Below are positions 35,576 through 59,285 of a stretch of 64,000 nucleotides of DNA, one piece after another (position 1 is the stretch's first letter; each line of letters starts with the position of its first letter). The translations under genes and the position numbers were made by a program. The stretch lies in assembly GCF_009914755.1 (NCBI RefSeq), contig NC_060944.1; one strand, 5' to 3'. The notes beneath the pieces are model-generated. The model worked only from the letters and a program-made list of their open reading frames with translations, did not search any database and was not told the origin of the DNA. The DNA comes from the human T2T-CHM13v2.0 reference genome, Homo sapiens.

Positions 35576-35968
35576 TGAGACTCTAATGGGACTTAAAAAT
35601 ATCTCTCCATGCAATAAAACAGAAAGCAGAAATCACTGCATGGTGGATCAGTACAGTTTTGGAGGTAGGTTTAGGCTGTTTTGTTTCTGTCTGTACTTGA
35701 TTTATTAGGAAAGGGCTAACACAATATCACATTTGGCTAACCCAGATATAACCCAGATAGCCAAATTTACCTTGTTACTAATAAAACCAAAGATAGCCAA
35801 TGAAAGCTCAGAATGATTCCTGGGCATTTCATCTTGATGGCTCATGAGGGTTGAAGGTTGTAAGCTCCCCTTCAGTTGGGACTACATCTTGGCTATCCCT
35901 GTGTTCACCACAGTGCCCAGTGCTTAGTACGTGTTACTTAATGTCAATGAAATAATGATGGGCAGTAC

Positions 35969-36159
35969 CACAAAGGGGTGACCTCTGAAGGCACTTCCTG
36001 TTCTGTGTACAGGCCACTTGGGATGTCGACATCAGACATGGTGAGGCCGATGCTGTGATGAATCTGGATAAGCAGTGTCATGAGAAGCTGAGGAAAGAGT
36101 CGGAACGTAGCTGCTCGAAGCCTGTTTCCCAAAAACACCTCATAAAGGGCATCTGTTGC
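35969..36159 (-). CDS. MROH8: MROH8 coding exon, ATDALYEVFLGNRLRAATFRLFPQLLMTLLIQIHH...EVTPL(C)
   Basis: ccacag| acceptor, TG|gtactg donor; 191 nt, phase 0 to 2. Confidence 0.88.
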
Positions 36160-36366
36160 CTGTGGTGGAAAAGACACAGAGAGGAACTAAGCACCTGCCA
36201 TTTTGAAATACGGAAGTCATGAAGGAAACTATTAACATATTTGACTACATACAAATATAAAGCCAGGGCAACATTTATCATAAAGTTAGATGACAACAGG
36301 CCAGGTGCAGTGGCTCATGTCTGCAATCCCAGCACTTTGGGAGGCCAAGGCGGGTGGATCACCTTA

Positions 36367-36594
<228 letters not shown>

Positions 36595-36734
36595 TTAGAT
36601 GGCAACAACCTGGAGAAGTATTTGTATCAATATATTGTTCTTACTATATAAAATGCTCTTACGTAGCAGTAAAAAAATTACTCAAAGGGTAGGCCACACA
36701 CCAGTAGCATTGTCATCACCTGGGAGCTGGTTAA

Positions 36735-37001
<267 letters not shown>

Positions 37002-37349
37002 TAGCCAAGATGGTCTCGATCTCCTGACCTCGTGATCCACCTGCCTCGGCCTCCCAAAGTGCTGGGATTACAGGTGTGAGCCACTGCGCCCAGCTGAGAA
37101 CCTGCATTTTAATAATATCCCAAAGTGATTGTGGTTTGTGTGCATATTAAATCTGAGAAGGACTAGTGTACAGGGCATGAACAAACAAGTCATAAAAGAA
37201 ATACAAACGGCCAATTAAAAACATATACAAGGCTGGGTGTGGTGGCTCACGTCCGTAATCAGCATTTTGGGAGGCTAAGGCGGGAGGATTGTTTGAGCCC
37301 AGGAGTTTGAGACCAGACTGGGCAACATGGGGAATCCCCGTCTCTACTA

Positions 37350-39975
<2,626 letters not shown>

Positions 39976-40089
39976 TTAAAACTGCTCTAAAAAATAAAGT
40001 ATTTAAAAGGAAAAAATGAAAAAAGTATACCAAATAGATATACCAAAAGTTTATATATGTATAAAGACTTCTGGAAAATTCATTTTTAG

Positions 40090-40392
<303 letters not shown>

Positions 40393-40498
40393 TGAGTAGC
40401 TGGGATTACAGGCGGCCGCCACCATGCCTGGCTAATTTTTGTATTTTAAGTAGAGACGGGGTTGCATCATGTTGGCCAGGCTGGTCTCAAACTCCTGA

Positions 40499-40866
<368 letters not shown>

Positions 40867-40997
40867 TAGTCTGCACTTTGTTTTATACAGTTCTACGATA
40901 TTTGAGGTTTTTTTCCCACAAGTTTGCATTTCTCTTTAACTATGATGATACATATTTTTTAGAGGATGAGGGAAGGAATGTTTTAAACATATTAAAC

Positions 40998-41199
40998 CAG
41001 GGATGTTTCCAAGGGACAGATGACAGTCATGGGTTCTTAGTTTCTGTTTCTGGTTGGGTCAATAAAGCCCCTTCCTCATACCTCTTTTCCGCTTATCACT
41101 AGAGACAGAAACTAAATACCATGGCTTCAGGCTTCTAAAAGCCTAAAACAAAACAGAACAGAACAACAAAAACAAAAAAAGGCAGGTTGGACGAGTTTG
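40998..41199 (-). mobile_element. MER107-like hAT/Charlie DNA transposon (MITE)
   Basis: About 200 bp; internal inverted repeat TAGTTTCTGTTTCT / AGAGACAGAAACTA; imperfect 8-bp flanking duplication TATTAAAC/TATTAAGG. Confidence 0.75.
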
Positions 41200-41383
41200 T
41201 ATTAAGGCATTCTGACTCCTTCACTCTCCCCAGCTCCCTCCATGTCAATCCCTTGGCAGAAACACTGTAGACTTATAAATGGATGACAGATGCAGGCTTT
41301 GAGAGGGACCAAAAGGAACACTCTCCACTGGGGTGTGGGGTCAGTCATCCTGGGAGGGGCTGACATTAGAGGGGCAAAGCTCA

Positions 41384-41575
<192 letters not shown>

Positions 41576-42094
41576 CTACAAGAGGTTCTCCTCTCTACTC
41601 AGCTCTTCAGGGTGTCAAAAGACTGACTTTGATTTCATAACAGTAACTCCCCAGGTTTATTTTTTTCCTTTTTGTGAGACCCTGTCTCAAAAAAAAAAAA
41701 AAAAGGTGGTTGTATCCATTTATTTGCCAACAAGCAGAGTAGGATTCCTATTGCTCCATATTTTCTTTTATTTACTTATTTATTTTTTAAATTTTATTAT
41801 TATTATTTTGACACGGTGTCTTGCTCTGTCACTCAGGCTGGAGTCAGTGGCGTGATCTTGGCTCATTGCAACCTCTGTCTCCTGGGTTCAATCAATTCCC
41901 TTGCTTCAGTCTCCTGAGTAGCTGGGATTACAGGTGCCCGCCACCACGCCCGGCTAATTTTTGTATTTTTAGTAGAGCCAGGGTGTCGCCATGTTAGCCA
42001 GGCTGGTCTCGAACTCCCGACCTCAAGTGATCTGCCCGCCCTGGCCTCCCAAAGTGCTGGGATTACAGGCGTGAGCCACTGCACCCAGCCGATT

Positions 42095-42278
42095 TTTAAA
42101 ATTTTACTTTAAGTTCCAGGATACATGTGCAGAATGTGCAGGTTTGTTACATAGGTATCCATGTGCCATGGTGGTTTGTTGCACCTCTCAACCCGTCATC
42201 TAGGTTTTAAGCCCACACGCATTAGGTATTTGTCCTATTGGTCTCCCTCCCCTTGCCCCCCACCCCTGAAGTCCCCAG
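42095..42278 (-). mobile_element. L1PA-like 3' end fragment
   Basis: TTTAAGTTCCAGGATACATGTGCAGAATGTGCAGGTTTGTTACATAGGT motif. Confidence 0.8.
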
Positions 42279-42349
42279 GTTTTATCGAATCAAGTTCCCA
42301 TTGCCTCAGCATGGACTTCAAGGCTATTCATAACCTGGTCCTGACTTAA

Positions 42350-43066
<717 letters not shown>

Positions 43067-43399
43067 TAGAAGGTTAAATTATAGACACATATATTCGATG
43101 TGGTCTGTGGTCCTCAAATTTTGGCTAAAGTTAATCCTTGAAATAAAGCTTTGATCCTGCCTAGAAGAGATATCTTCTAAAGAAAAATAATATGTAATAA
43201 CTTCTCTGTCATTGATTCAAATGTAGGGCCTGAGAGTTACATAAACATTGTGGAAGAACATTACAGTGGGAAGAAAATTGGGAGTTACTCATGCTTTTAA
43301 TCCATTCTTTTATTTTCAGAATCCATTTAGGCATCTTGGTATGCTAGAGTAAGTTTTTAAAGTGTGATCTTCCAGGCCAGACGTGGTGGCCTATAATCC

Positions 43400-43493
43400 T
43401 GTAATCCCAGCACTTTGTAATCCTAACACTCTGTAATTCCAGCAACTGCAATCCCAGTAGCTTGTAATCGCAGCACCTGTAATCCCAGCACTT
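43400..43493 (+). repeat. Minisatellite of 15-16-bp units from the Alu 5' motif TGTAATCCCAGCACTT
   Basis: Six diverged tandem copies inside one Alu head. Confidence 0.88.
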
Positions 43494-44384
43494 TGGAAGG
43501 CTGAGATGGGAGGACTGCTTGAGCCCAGGAGTTCAAGACCAGCCTGGGAAACATGGCAAAACCCTGTCTCTACAAAAAATGCAAAATTAGCCAGGTGTTG
43601 TGGTGTGTGCCTGTAGTCCCAGCTACTCAGGAGGCTGAGGTGGGAGGATCATTTGAACCCAGAAGGCAGAGACTGAGGTGAGCCAAAATCATACCACTGC
43701 ACTCCAGCCTGGGTGGCAGGGTGAGACTGTCTCGGGGGGAAAAAAAAGGAAAAAAGAAAAGAAAAGAAAAAAAAGAAAAAAAGTGTGGTCTTTCAACTGT
43801 GAGACTCGTCCTAAAACTTGAGAGGCTTAAAGACTATCCCAACATTTCACTCCTCACCTCAGTGATTCTAATTTGTGAATAAAACAAAGTAAGAAGGTCC
43901 TAAAGAACTCCTAAAGAAAAGGCCAGAAAGGCAATATAGGATGCTGAAAAAACTCACAGCTGCAGAATGATGAGACGGCAGAATAGGAACATTCATCTGG
44001 GATGACATAAAGAAATTCTCATATTTACTTACCCTCGGTTATTTTCTTTGGATTCCTGAGGGAGTAAATGAAGTACTTTGAGAAGCTGTTTATTGTGAGA
44101 GAAGTGTTGCAAAATGCTTTTAGTTTGCCACACATTTTAAGTGTGCTGAAAATGCATCTGAATTTAGAAAGCGCACAGCCTTTAAGCCAATGGTTCATGA
44201 ATTTCAGTGTGAGAAACATCTGGAGAGTTTGTTTAAAATATGGAAAAAATCTTCCCACCTCCAGTGATTCTGATTCTGTCTGTAGTTGTGACATGGGTTT
44301 TGTTTGCCCATCATCCCTTTGGGAAACCACCTTTTCAAGATCCTTAACAATCCTATTTGGTTCGTGTAGTTTGGTGGGAGCTGA

Positions 44385-44665
44385 CTCCAAGCCAGGCTAA
44401 TCAGAGTCCTGCCCAGGACTAAAAAGCTTAAAAGGAAATGACACACCCTTTCCACTGCAGTTTTGAGCTGATAGTAACCATCTTTGCCACCTTTAGTGCA
44501 AGTCCATCTGAGAGATGAATGGAGCCCTGATGAAATAAACTGAGTCTCGGGATTCAATCCTGACGACAGACCCTTGGACTTTGCTGTAATATAAGCCTAT
44601 ACAATTTCTTAAGGTAGTGTGAGCTCAGTTTCTGCTACTTCCAACCAAGAGTCCTGACTAATATA
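44385..44665 (+). mobile_element. Old MaLR (MLT1-like) LTR fragment
   Basis: Ends TTTCTGCTACTTCCAACCAAGAGTCCTGACTAATATA, an MLT1-type 3' end. Confidence 0.55.
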
Positions 44666-46831
44666 GTATGTGTGATGTAGGGTCTTGGAAAATGCTTTTC
44701 TTCTTTGAGACAGGGTTTTACTCTGATGCTCAGGCTGGAGTGCAGTGGTGTGATCACAGCTCACTGCAGTCTCAATTTCCTGGGCTCAGGTAAATTCTCC
44801 CACCTCAGCCTCCTGAGTATTTGGAACTATAGGCGTGTGCCACCACAACTGGCAAATTTTGCACTTTCTGTAGAGACAGGGTTTCACCATATTGCTCAGG
44901 CTGGTCTTGAACTATTGGGCTCAAGCCATCCACCCGTCTCAACCTCCTAAAGTGCTAGGATTACAGGTATGAGCCACCACACCTAGCCAGAAGATACATT
45001 TTTTTTTTAACAAGCATCATAGGGGATTCTGAGGCAGTGTTTCAGACACTTTAACAAACACTGCACTAGGAGACTGAAGAAGCCTACATCTTTAAGAACA
45101 AATATCTTGCTGTAGCATCCTTACAGAATAGAAAGAGAAACAGCCTCTTGTCTTTTCTGGTGGAGTACTGGGACAGAGCACTGCACCAGGGTAGTATGAG
45201 GGACACATGTCACATATGTACTCTATGACTTCTTTGGTCCTGCATTAGTGAACTGAGTTTCTTAAAGTATTTCATGTCCCATAGAGAAACAGTCAGTGGT
45301 GAAAATGTAGTGTAATTCCTGTGTCAGTAAATGATACCACCATTAACTTGGCCTCCAAAGCCAAAAACTGAGGAGTGGGGAGTTAGCCTGAATGCCTTCT
45401 TCCTCCCTGCCATTCCTTTCTGATTCAATCAAGGTCTGCCTACAGATGCTCCTATTTCTTTTTTTCTTTTTCTTTTTTTGAAATGGAGTTTTGCTCTGTT
45501 GCCCAGGCTGGAGTGAAGTCGTGTGATCCTGGCTCACTGTTCAAGCCAATTCTCCTGCCTCAGCCTGCAGAGTGGCTGGGATTACAGGCACATGCCACCA
45601 AGCCCGGCTAATTTTTGTATTTTTAGGAGAGATGGGGTTCGCCATGTTGGCCAGAATGGTCTCGAACTCCTGACCTCAGGCGATCCACCTGCCTTGGCCT
45701 CCCAAAGTCCTAGGATTACAGGCGTGAGCCACCGTGTCTGGCCAATGCTCCTGTTTCTTTACTCCCTCCTCCTCTCCATCTCTGAAGCCACTGCCCTAAT
45801 CAGGGCATCATCATCTTTTGCCTGGAAAAGGTGCAACTGCTTAACTGCCTGTCTCTCTTCCTGTTTGGTAGAACAGCCTCTAATCCATTTCCATCAGAGT
45901 CACACTAAAAATCTGCATCTGATGATGTAAGTCCCTTAACTAAAGTTCTTCAGTGGCTTCCCAACTCCTGTAGTATAAAGTCCACTATTGTAGTTCTTAG
46001 TTGGTCCCAATCTATCGCTGCTAACTTCTGACCACTTTTTAAAAGCAGCTTTAGTAGCTGGGCGTGGTAGCTTACGCCTGAAATCCCAGCACTTTGGGAG
46101 GCCAAAGCGGGCGGATCATGAGGTCAGGAGATTGAGACCATCCTGGCCAACATGCTTCAGCTCTAGCCATCACATCACTTTCCAGGTGGCAGGAAGAAGA
46201 AAGATGATGAGCCTACTCTCTCCCTTTAAGGTTATTTGCCATAGGTTGCATGTACTACTTCAATTTGCATCCAGAATTTAGACAAATAGTCACACCTATA
46301 TGCAAAAAGTCTAGGAAATAAGAGTATTTCAAATACCCAACTAAAGTTCAGGGATTATATTACTATAGAAAATGAAAAAATAATTAGTGAATACTGTCTT
46401 AAGTATACAACTCACTGACTTTTAGTAAATTTACAAAGTTGTGCAACCATGACGACGATCCAATTTTAGAACATTTCCATCACTGCAAAAAGATCCCTGG
46501 TATCTGAGCCCTTCTTACTATCTACTTTCCTCTCCAGCCACTTTGATCTGCATCTGGCTCTTAGCATTCATCAGCTTGGGGGCAGCTCTGCTTTCAGAAA
46601 TCACTTCCTGACCCTTCATTTAATTAAGTCCCGACCTAGGGGCTTCCACAGAACTCCCTACTTAGCTTTAGAATACTTATGCATCTATGGGGCTACCAGA
46701 CTGTGCTGCTTAAGGGCGGGGTGCATGTCCTGTCCATTACTTATGGGTCCTAATAGCACCTTGCACATAGTTGATGCTTTAGGCAGCCTCCTAAGAACAA
46801 CCACTCCAATCTATATGTAAACCCACTAACG

Positions 46832-47255
46832 TGTGGAGTCCTAATTAGGGGAAGGAAGCCAGGCTGGCGGGAGCAAGGGAAAGCAAAAAGAAAAAGCAGA
46901 TAAGCTGTAAGTCTGCCTTTCTTCATGGTCCAGGACACGGCCCTTCTGTGCAATCAACTCCCCATCTTCCTGTGCCCAACTATCACCAGACACCTGCAAA
47001 TTAGCTCATTGCAACTTGGCATTATCTATACTGCACAAGGCCCTCTTCAACACGCAGCATGAACACTATGCTGTAAAATCTTCAACAAGTCTTTGTCTCC
47101 TGGCAGTCCGCTTCTCTTTTGCAGGCTGTCTGTTGTCTCTCTGGCGCCATTATTTTCCTACTTTCTCTAATAAATCTGCCTTCCTCTACCCACAACTGTC
47201 TTGGTAAATTCTTTTACCCCAGCGCCACCAGCCCAGTCCTTGCTCCCCTGTGACA
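46832..47255 (+). mobile_element. Solo ERV LTR (MER72/LTR47-like)
   Basis: TG...CA termini, internal AATAAA, flanking 5-bp near-duplicate TAACG/TAATG. Confidence 0.72.
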
Positions 47256-47304
47256 TAATGAACTTCAGGTAAATGACAAAAATATAATCAGAATAACATT
47301 TCCT

Positions 47305-47707
<403 letters not shown>

Positions 47708-48089
47708 TCAGTTAAATTTCTAAAAGATTCCATAGTTTGCGTATGATCTACAGCAGTTCTCAAAGTCCTCCCAGAGGTAGAACAAATACAAACAAGAGAA
47801 TAATGCTAAAAGCATACTTAAAATAATTAAATAGGGCAGCACACGGTGGCTCATGTCTGTCATCCTAGCACTTTGGGAAGCTGAGGCAGGTGGATCACTT
47901 GAGCCCAGAAGTTCGAGACCAGCCTGGATAACATTGAGAAACCACAAAAAATAAAAAATTTAGCTGGGCCAGGTGGTGTGGGCCTGTAGTCCCAGTTGCT
48001 CCAGTGGCTGAGGTGGGAAGACTGCTTGAGCCTGGAAGGTCGAGGCTGCAGTGAACTATGACTGTGTCACTACACTGCAGCCTGGGTGA

Positions 48090-48347
<258 letters not shown>

Positions 48348-49441
48348 TAATACAGATGGGGTTTCACCATGTTGGCCAGGCTGGTCTGGAACTCCTGACC
48401 TTGGGTGATCCACCCCCTTTGGCCTCTGAAAGATTAATTTTTATATAAGAGTTGAGTACGGATAAGCTGTAGCAAGTACCAAACATTTAAGAACAATTTG
48501 TTAGAGAAATATACAAAAGCAAGCTCAAAAAATTTTAAAAAATTTAAAAAGCTTGAGTGTGGTGGTACACACCTATAGTCTCAGCTACTCAGGCAGCTGA
48601 GGTGGGAAGATCACTTGAGCCCAGGAGTTCAAGGCTGCAGTGAGCCATGATTGAGAAACTGTCTTTAAAAAAAAAAAAAAAGTAAGACTGTTACTCCAAG
48701 CTGGAGTGCAGTGGCTATTCACAAGTCCAATCATCATATACGATGGCCCCAAACTCCTGGCCTCCAGTGATTCTCCTGCCTCAGCCTCCTGAGTAGCTAG
48801 GACTACAGGCGCGTGCCACCACGCCCAGCTTTTAAAAAAATCCGCATTCTTTTTTTTCTCTGAATGGGTAAAAGTCTTCCATTATTTGATTTAGTTCAGT
48901 TTAGAGAACACAATAAGCACTACATCAAGATATTATGTGAGAACCATTCACTTAAAAGAATATTTTTCAAATAGTTTAAAGCAGGGAAATCTCTTCTTAA
49001 ATAAAATAATTGCCCAGAATCACAATAGAGAAAGCAGATAAAAAGAAGCGCTGCTCTGGTTAAAGTGGGGTGGGGGCATGGAACTTTATTCTGAAGCCTT
49101 CCTGCCCCATCCGTAGGCATCTTTGTGGAACTTTCCAGGGTGCCTCCAAATGTGAAAAACACTAATCGAAAAAACCGTCTTTACACCTACTATGTACCCA
49201 CAAAAATAAACAAAAAACCCATCCTGTTTGATCCTCTCTCTGATTCCATTCTTCTTTATGTATGCGTATCTACTTTTTAAATGTATATATTTATTGCCTT
49301 ATTTTTAGGCAAAATCATTCTCAAGTCAGTTGCAGACATTATGACACTTTACCTCTAAATAACTTTAGTATCTTATCTCTTAAGAATAAGGACATCCTTC
49401 TGCATAACCACAGTATTTCACACCTAAGAAAATTACACTAA

Positions 49442-49609
<168 letters not shown>

Positions 49610-50163
49610 TAAATTTTGTATTTTTAGTAGAGATGAGGTTTCACCATGTTGGCCAGGCTGGTCTTGAACTCCTGGCCTTAAGTAATCTGCCCACTTCTGC
49701 CTCCCAAAGTGCTGGAATTACAGGTGTCAGCCATTGTGCCTAGCCAGAAAATTACACCAATTTAATATTCTAGTATAGAGTCCATATTTAAATTTTCTCC
49801 AAGCTTTCTTTTATAGCTTTTGTTTTTGAACCAGGATCCAATCAAGGTCACGCAGTGCATTTGGGTATGTTTTTGAATATCTTTTTATCTAGGACAGTTC
49901 CCTCACCACCAGTTTTACTTCCATGATGTTAATTTTTTTGAAGAGTCCAGTTCAATTATCTTACAGAATGTTCTTCATTTGGGATTTGTGGGATTCTTTT
50001 CTGATGATTATGCATTATGTTCTGATTTATATCACCAGCTTTATGTATACTGTGTCTTCTCCACAAGACAATCATTAGATTTTTGAGGGCAACCATGTTT
50101 CACAATACCCAGAGCTGTGTCACATAATCCAATTTAATCCAGAGGCTGTACGGGGTTCTGTTA

Positions 50164-50343
<180 letters not shown>

Positions 50344-51171
50344 TTACTAAGACTGTAATCCTATAGGACACTGATGGTTACTGAGGATACTGTGGCCATT
50401 TCTGAAAGGTCTTGGGGGGGTGACTTTTTTTTAAAGACAGGGTCTTGCTCTGTTGCCCAGCCTGGAATGCAGCGGTGCAAACATAGCTCACTGCAGCCTT
50501 GAACCCCTGGCCTCAAATGATCCTCCCACCTCAGCCTCCTGAGTAGCTGGGACTACAGGCACACACCACCACACCCAGGTCATTGTTGTATTTTTTTGTA
50601 GAGACAAGATCTCTCTATGTTGCCCAGACTGGTCTTGAATTCCTGGGCTCAAGCGATCCTCCTGCTTGGCCTCCCAAAGTGCTGGAATTACAGGTATAAG
50701 CCACTGCGCCTGACCCCTAGGGGGTGACTTTTAAACAAACTGTTTATTATTTTTTGAAGTTTATGATTAAAACTACTTAAAATATATCTGTATGTGTGTA
50801 TACACATATGAAGGATTTGGAAAGATTTATAATCAAAGCTGTCAATACTGTGTTTTTGAGGGACAGAGTATTAGATTTTTTTGCTTCTATATTTTTTCTA
50901 ATTTTTCCTCAATAATTGATGTATTGATTTTATAACAAGACAAACTAATAAAAGTGTTGCAAGGAAGCTGGGCTTTTTTCCACTGTGACTCTGAGAATGG
51001 CAGTGGAGTCCTTACCTATCTTCTTTCCAGAGATGTCCATCAGGCTTAGGTAAGGGAAATAGGAGCCACTGGGCTTTGGTCTATTTCTCTGCTTGGACCG
51101 CTCTTCCCACCCACAGACGCATGGGTTCCTGTCTCTGTGGAAATGTCAGCTTCTCAGAGAGGCACACTTCA

Positions 51172-51342
<171 letters not shown>

Positions 51343-51942
51343 TTAGCTTGGTGTCATGGCAGGCGCCTGTAATCCCATCTACTTGGGAGGCTGAGGTGGA
51401 AGAATCACAGCAACCTGGGAGGCGGAGGTTGCAGGGAGCCAAGACTGCACCACTGCACTCAAGCCTGAGCAACAGAGCAAAATGCTGTCTCCAAAAACAA
51501 ATAAACAAAATAATAATAATAATAATAATGATAATAATTCTGGCTAACAAACACAAGGGTAAATTTACCGGCGTTTTGCGGAAAGATTTTCTTCCCTGAA
51601 TCAAGACATAAAAAGGAAGGCAACATCTTTCTTCTTCTTGGACTTAGTCTACTCCACTCAGAAAGTCCAAAATTGCTCTGACTACCTTATGACCACATGA
51701 ACAGACAAGGCAGAAGGATGAAGAAACCCCTGGGTCTTCAATAACACTGTTGAATCACTGAATCAATCTTGGAAAATACTCTATGTCCAGACTTGTTATT
51801 ATGTGAAAGAATAAATCCTTTGGTTAAACTTCTACCTGCTGGGCTTTTTTTGCTGCTAAAAGCACCCAACTGATACAAATGCCCATCTCACCTGCTCTTA
51901 TCGTGTTATTCTTTTTGCATCTTTGTTATTTTAATAGGTTAA

Positions 51943-52155
<213 letters not shown>

Positions 52156-52158
52156 TAA

Positions 52159-52446
<288 letters not shown>

Positions 52447-52901
52447 TAACATAACTATATAGTTATTTCTTAATGTATTAATTTTAGATATATTTAGATA
52501 AATTCTCTTAATTTTGATTTGTAAGTCTGCCTCCTTCTTAGGGTCACTTATGGCTTTTTATTTACTTTTATTTATTTATTTTGAGGCAGCTTGTCGCCCA
52601 AGCTGGAGGGCAGTGACGCGATCTCAGCTCACTGCAGCCTCCGCTTCCTGGGTTAAAGCAATTCTCTTGCCTCAGCCATCCAAATAGCTGGCAATGCAGG
52701 TGTGCACCACCATGCCTGGCTAATTTTTGTATTTTAAGTAGAGACAGGGTTAAGCTATGTTGCCGAGGCTGGTCTCAAACTCTTGAGCTCAAGCCATCTG
52801 CCCACCTTTGCCTCCCAAAGTACTGGGATTACAGGCATGAGCCACTGCACCTGACCACTTACAGCTTTTTAAATCTTGATACCTTTAACCCATCTGGATG
52901 A

Positions 52902-53216
<315 letters not shown>

Positions 53217-53448
53217 TGATCCACCCGCCTCAGCCTCCCAAAGTGCTGGGATTACAGGCGCGAGCCACCGTGCCTGGTCATAGACCACATCTTAGATTAA
53301 AAAAAAAAAAGTCTCCCTCCCTGGTTACATACACAGTAGTTGTTTGGTGTATGTTTATAGAGTGGATATTTATGACTAAACAGACTAAGGTTTGACCCTG
53401 TACTCATGAGTAGTCGTTCTCAGCTGAGAAGGACAAGCAGAGACTTCA

Positions 53449-53748
<300 letters not shown>

Positions 53749-54647
53749 CTAAGTTAACAATCAGAGAAGTGGACAAAGATGTACAAGGCTGTTTTATTTG
53801 AGTCCTGTGGTTTTGTTTTGTTTTTGGAGATAGCATCTTACTCTGTCATCCAGGTAGGGGCACAATCACGGCTCACTGTAGCCTCAACCTCTTGGGCTCA
53901 AGTGATCCTCCTGCCTCAGCCTTCTGAGTAGCTGAGGCTACAGGCACCTGCTACTACACTCTGATAATTTTTAAATTTTTTTGTGAAGTCAGGGGTCTCA
54001 CTATGTTGCCCAGGCTGGCTGTGAACTCTTGGCTCAAGTAATCCTTCTGCCTCAGCCTCCCAAAATGTCAGGATTATAGGTGCAAGCCATGCACCCAGCC
54101 CAGTCTTGTTTACCATGGTAAAAAGGTGGAAGCAATCCAAATGTCCACTGCTAGCATCTGTGCATGGCCTTTTGCTGCTCTGACACTGAGGCTGGAGTGC
54201 AGTGGTGCGATCACAGCTCACTGCAGCCTGGACCTCCCAGGCTGAAGTCATCCTCCCACTTCAGCTTCCTGAGTAGCTAGGACTACAGGCGTGCACCACC
54301 ACAGCCAGCTAATTTTTTTATTTGTGGAGATGAGGTCTCGCTATGTTGCCCAGGATGGTCTCGAATCCTAGGCTCAAGTGATCCTTCCGCCTCAGCCAAC
54401 CAAAGTGCTGGGATGACAGGGGTGAGCCACTGCATCCAGCCTGCTGCTCTTACATTTAGAAAGAAGCTTTATTGACCAGGTGCAGTGGCTCATGCCTGTA
54501 ATCCCAGTTGTTTGGGACCCTAAAGCGGGAGAAATACTTGAGCCCACGACTTGAGACTAGCCACTTGGCCAACATGGAGAAACACTGTCTCTACTAAAAA
54601 TACAAAAATTAGCTGGGCGTGGTGGTGCTTGCCTGTAATCCCAGCTA

Positions 54648-54755
<108 letters not shown>

Positions 54756-54757
54756 TC

Positions 54758-54788
<31 letters not shown>

Positions 54789-54965
54789 AGCCTGGCATGT
54801 GGCTCATGTCTATAATCCCACCACTTTGGTTGGGAGGCCAAGGCAGGTGGATCACCTGAGGTCAGAGTTCAAAATCAGCCTGACCAACATGGAGAAACCC
54901 CATCTCTACTAAAAATACAAAATTAGCCGGGTGTAGTGGCACATGCCTATAATCCCAGCTACTCA

Positions 54966-55070
<105 letters not shown>

Positions 55071-55972
55071 TCAAAGAAACAGCCCCCCCAAACAAAACAA
55101 AACAAAACAAAACAAAACAAAAAGAAAAGGAAAGAAAAGAAAAAGAAAGAAGCTTTATTATGAGATCTTCAGAAAGAGTCATACTTTTATACGATAGGAC
55201 TTAAAAAAAGGCCCTAATGTTACACAGCTGACAGGTTCCCAGGCATAATTAAAATGCCTTGTCAGGAGACAACATACTAAAAGAATGTGTCATTCTGTTT
55301 CTCATTGCATTTGGTAGTAAAGTCCTTCACATGATTATAATAGGTACAATCTACTGGGCACTTACTATGTGACAAGCATTTAGCAAAGCATTTTCCATAC
55401 GGTATCTCCTTTAACAACGACTGAATTGTAAACAGTATAAATTGTAAAAAAGAAATTGTAAAAACTGTCCCAATTTTTACAGATCTCCATCGCACAGATG
55501 AGAAAACTGATGTGCAGAGAGATGAAATTACTTGGTACCTTTCACCCTACATGAGTAAGATCTGTGGGTTTTCTTTATTTTCCCCTATTCCCTAGCATAC
55601 CTGGTACCTGGCAGATGTATAAGTATTTATTGAATAATGAATAACTACATTAATTTAAAAAGTCTGGCTTGTTGGATCAACCATACTCTCTTGCAGCTCC
55701 TTTTTGTGACCAGCATTTACATTTGCAAGAGACTCGCAATTATGAATAGTAGGAGCAGAGCTGGTATGAAGTGAAGTCCAGGGATACTGGCCTCAATGGC
55801 AGGTTGACCTTAACCCCCAAACTAAGAAGGCAAGGCATATATGGGCCAGGAACATGGTGCCTTGTCTCCAAACTACGGAACGTTTAGAGACCACGTTTCC
55901 TGGGCAATTGTGTATGGTTTTGTTTTATAAGAAACTACCAGAACTTTTTCCAAAGTGGTTTTTACTGTTTTA

Positions 55973-56290
<318 letters not shown>

Positions 56291-56446
56291 TCACTCTTCT
56301 TTTTCACTTGAACAAAAATGCCTGGGGGAGGGAGTGTTTGTTCATCTGAAGGCTGATTTATTTCTCTTTCCTTCTAGAACAATACATAAAAAGAACCAAA
56401 AGAAAAAACAAAGAGGAGGTCGAGGCAGATGGATCACTTGAAGTCA

Positions 56447-56653
<207 letters not shown>

Positions 56654-56831
56654 TTAAATTTTTTTTTTGAGGCAGAGTTTCACTCTTATCACCCAGGCTG
56701 GAGTGCAATGGTGCGATCTCAGCTCACCGCAACCTCTGCCTCCTGGAGGTGATTCTCCTGCCTCAGCCTCCTGAGTAGCTGGGATTACAGGCATGCGCCA
56801 CCATGCCCAGCTAATTTTGTATTTTTAGTAG

Positions 56832-57023
<192 letters not shown>

Positions 57024-57528
57024 TGATTTGTGAGTACAACCAAAGCATGCTACCTTATTTCCCCACTGGTGAGGAACTGTGAGGGGTCTCCCTATGAAGC
57101 TTAGGTTCCCAGAAAAAATTGCCCAACTCTATACTGTGTATGATAATTCTGATATCAGAACTCTTCATCATGTGTCAAGTATGCCAATGCTCCTTGTAGT
57201 GTCTTGTTTTTCTCATGTTTCATTGTGACCTAATATTTGCTGGAAATTCGTAGATGGAAAATTTATCTTTGAGCCCTTGGCTGAGGATATTTTCTCTCCA
57301 ACTAGAAAATAAGTTCCCTGGGGGAAGGTATCTTGTTTGTCTTGATTACTGATGCATCACTAGAACAATAAATGCTTCATAACTATTTGCTGAATCAATA
57401 ATCAACGTATTTCTTTGGCTGTATACCTGGTAGAGATTGCTCATACTGTGCCCAATGACAGGACAGTTGCTTTGGGAAGCATGGAGCTTCCTCATCCATG
57501 TGAAGCGCAGACTGAGGCAGAGGAACTA

Positions 57529-59285
<1,757 letters not shown>

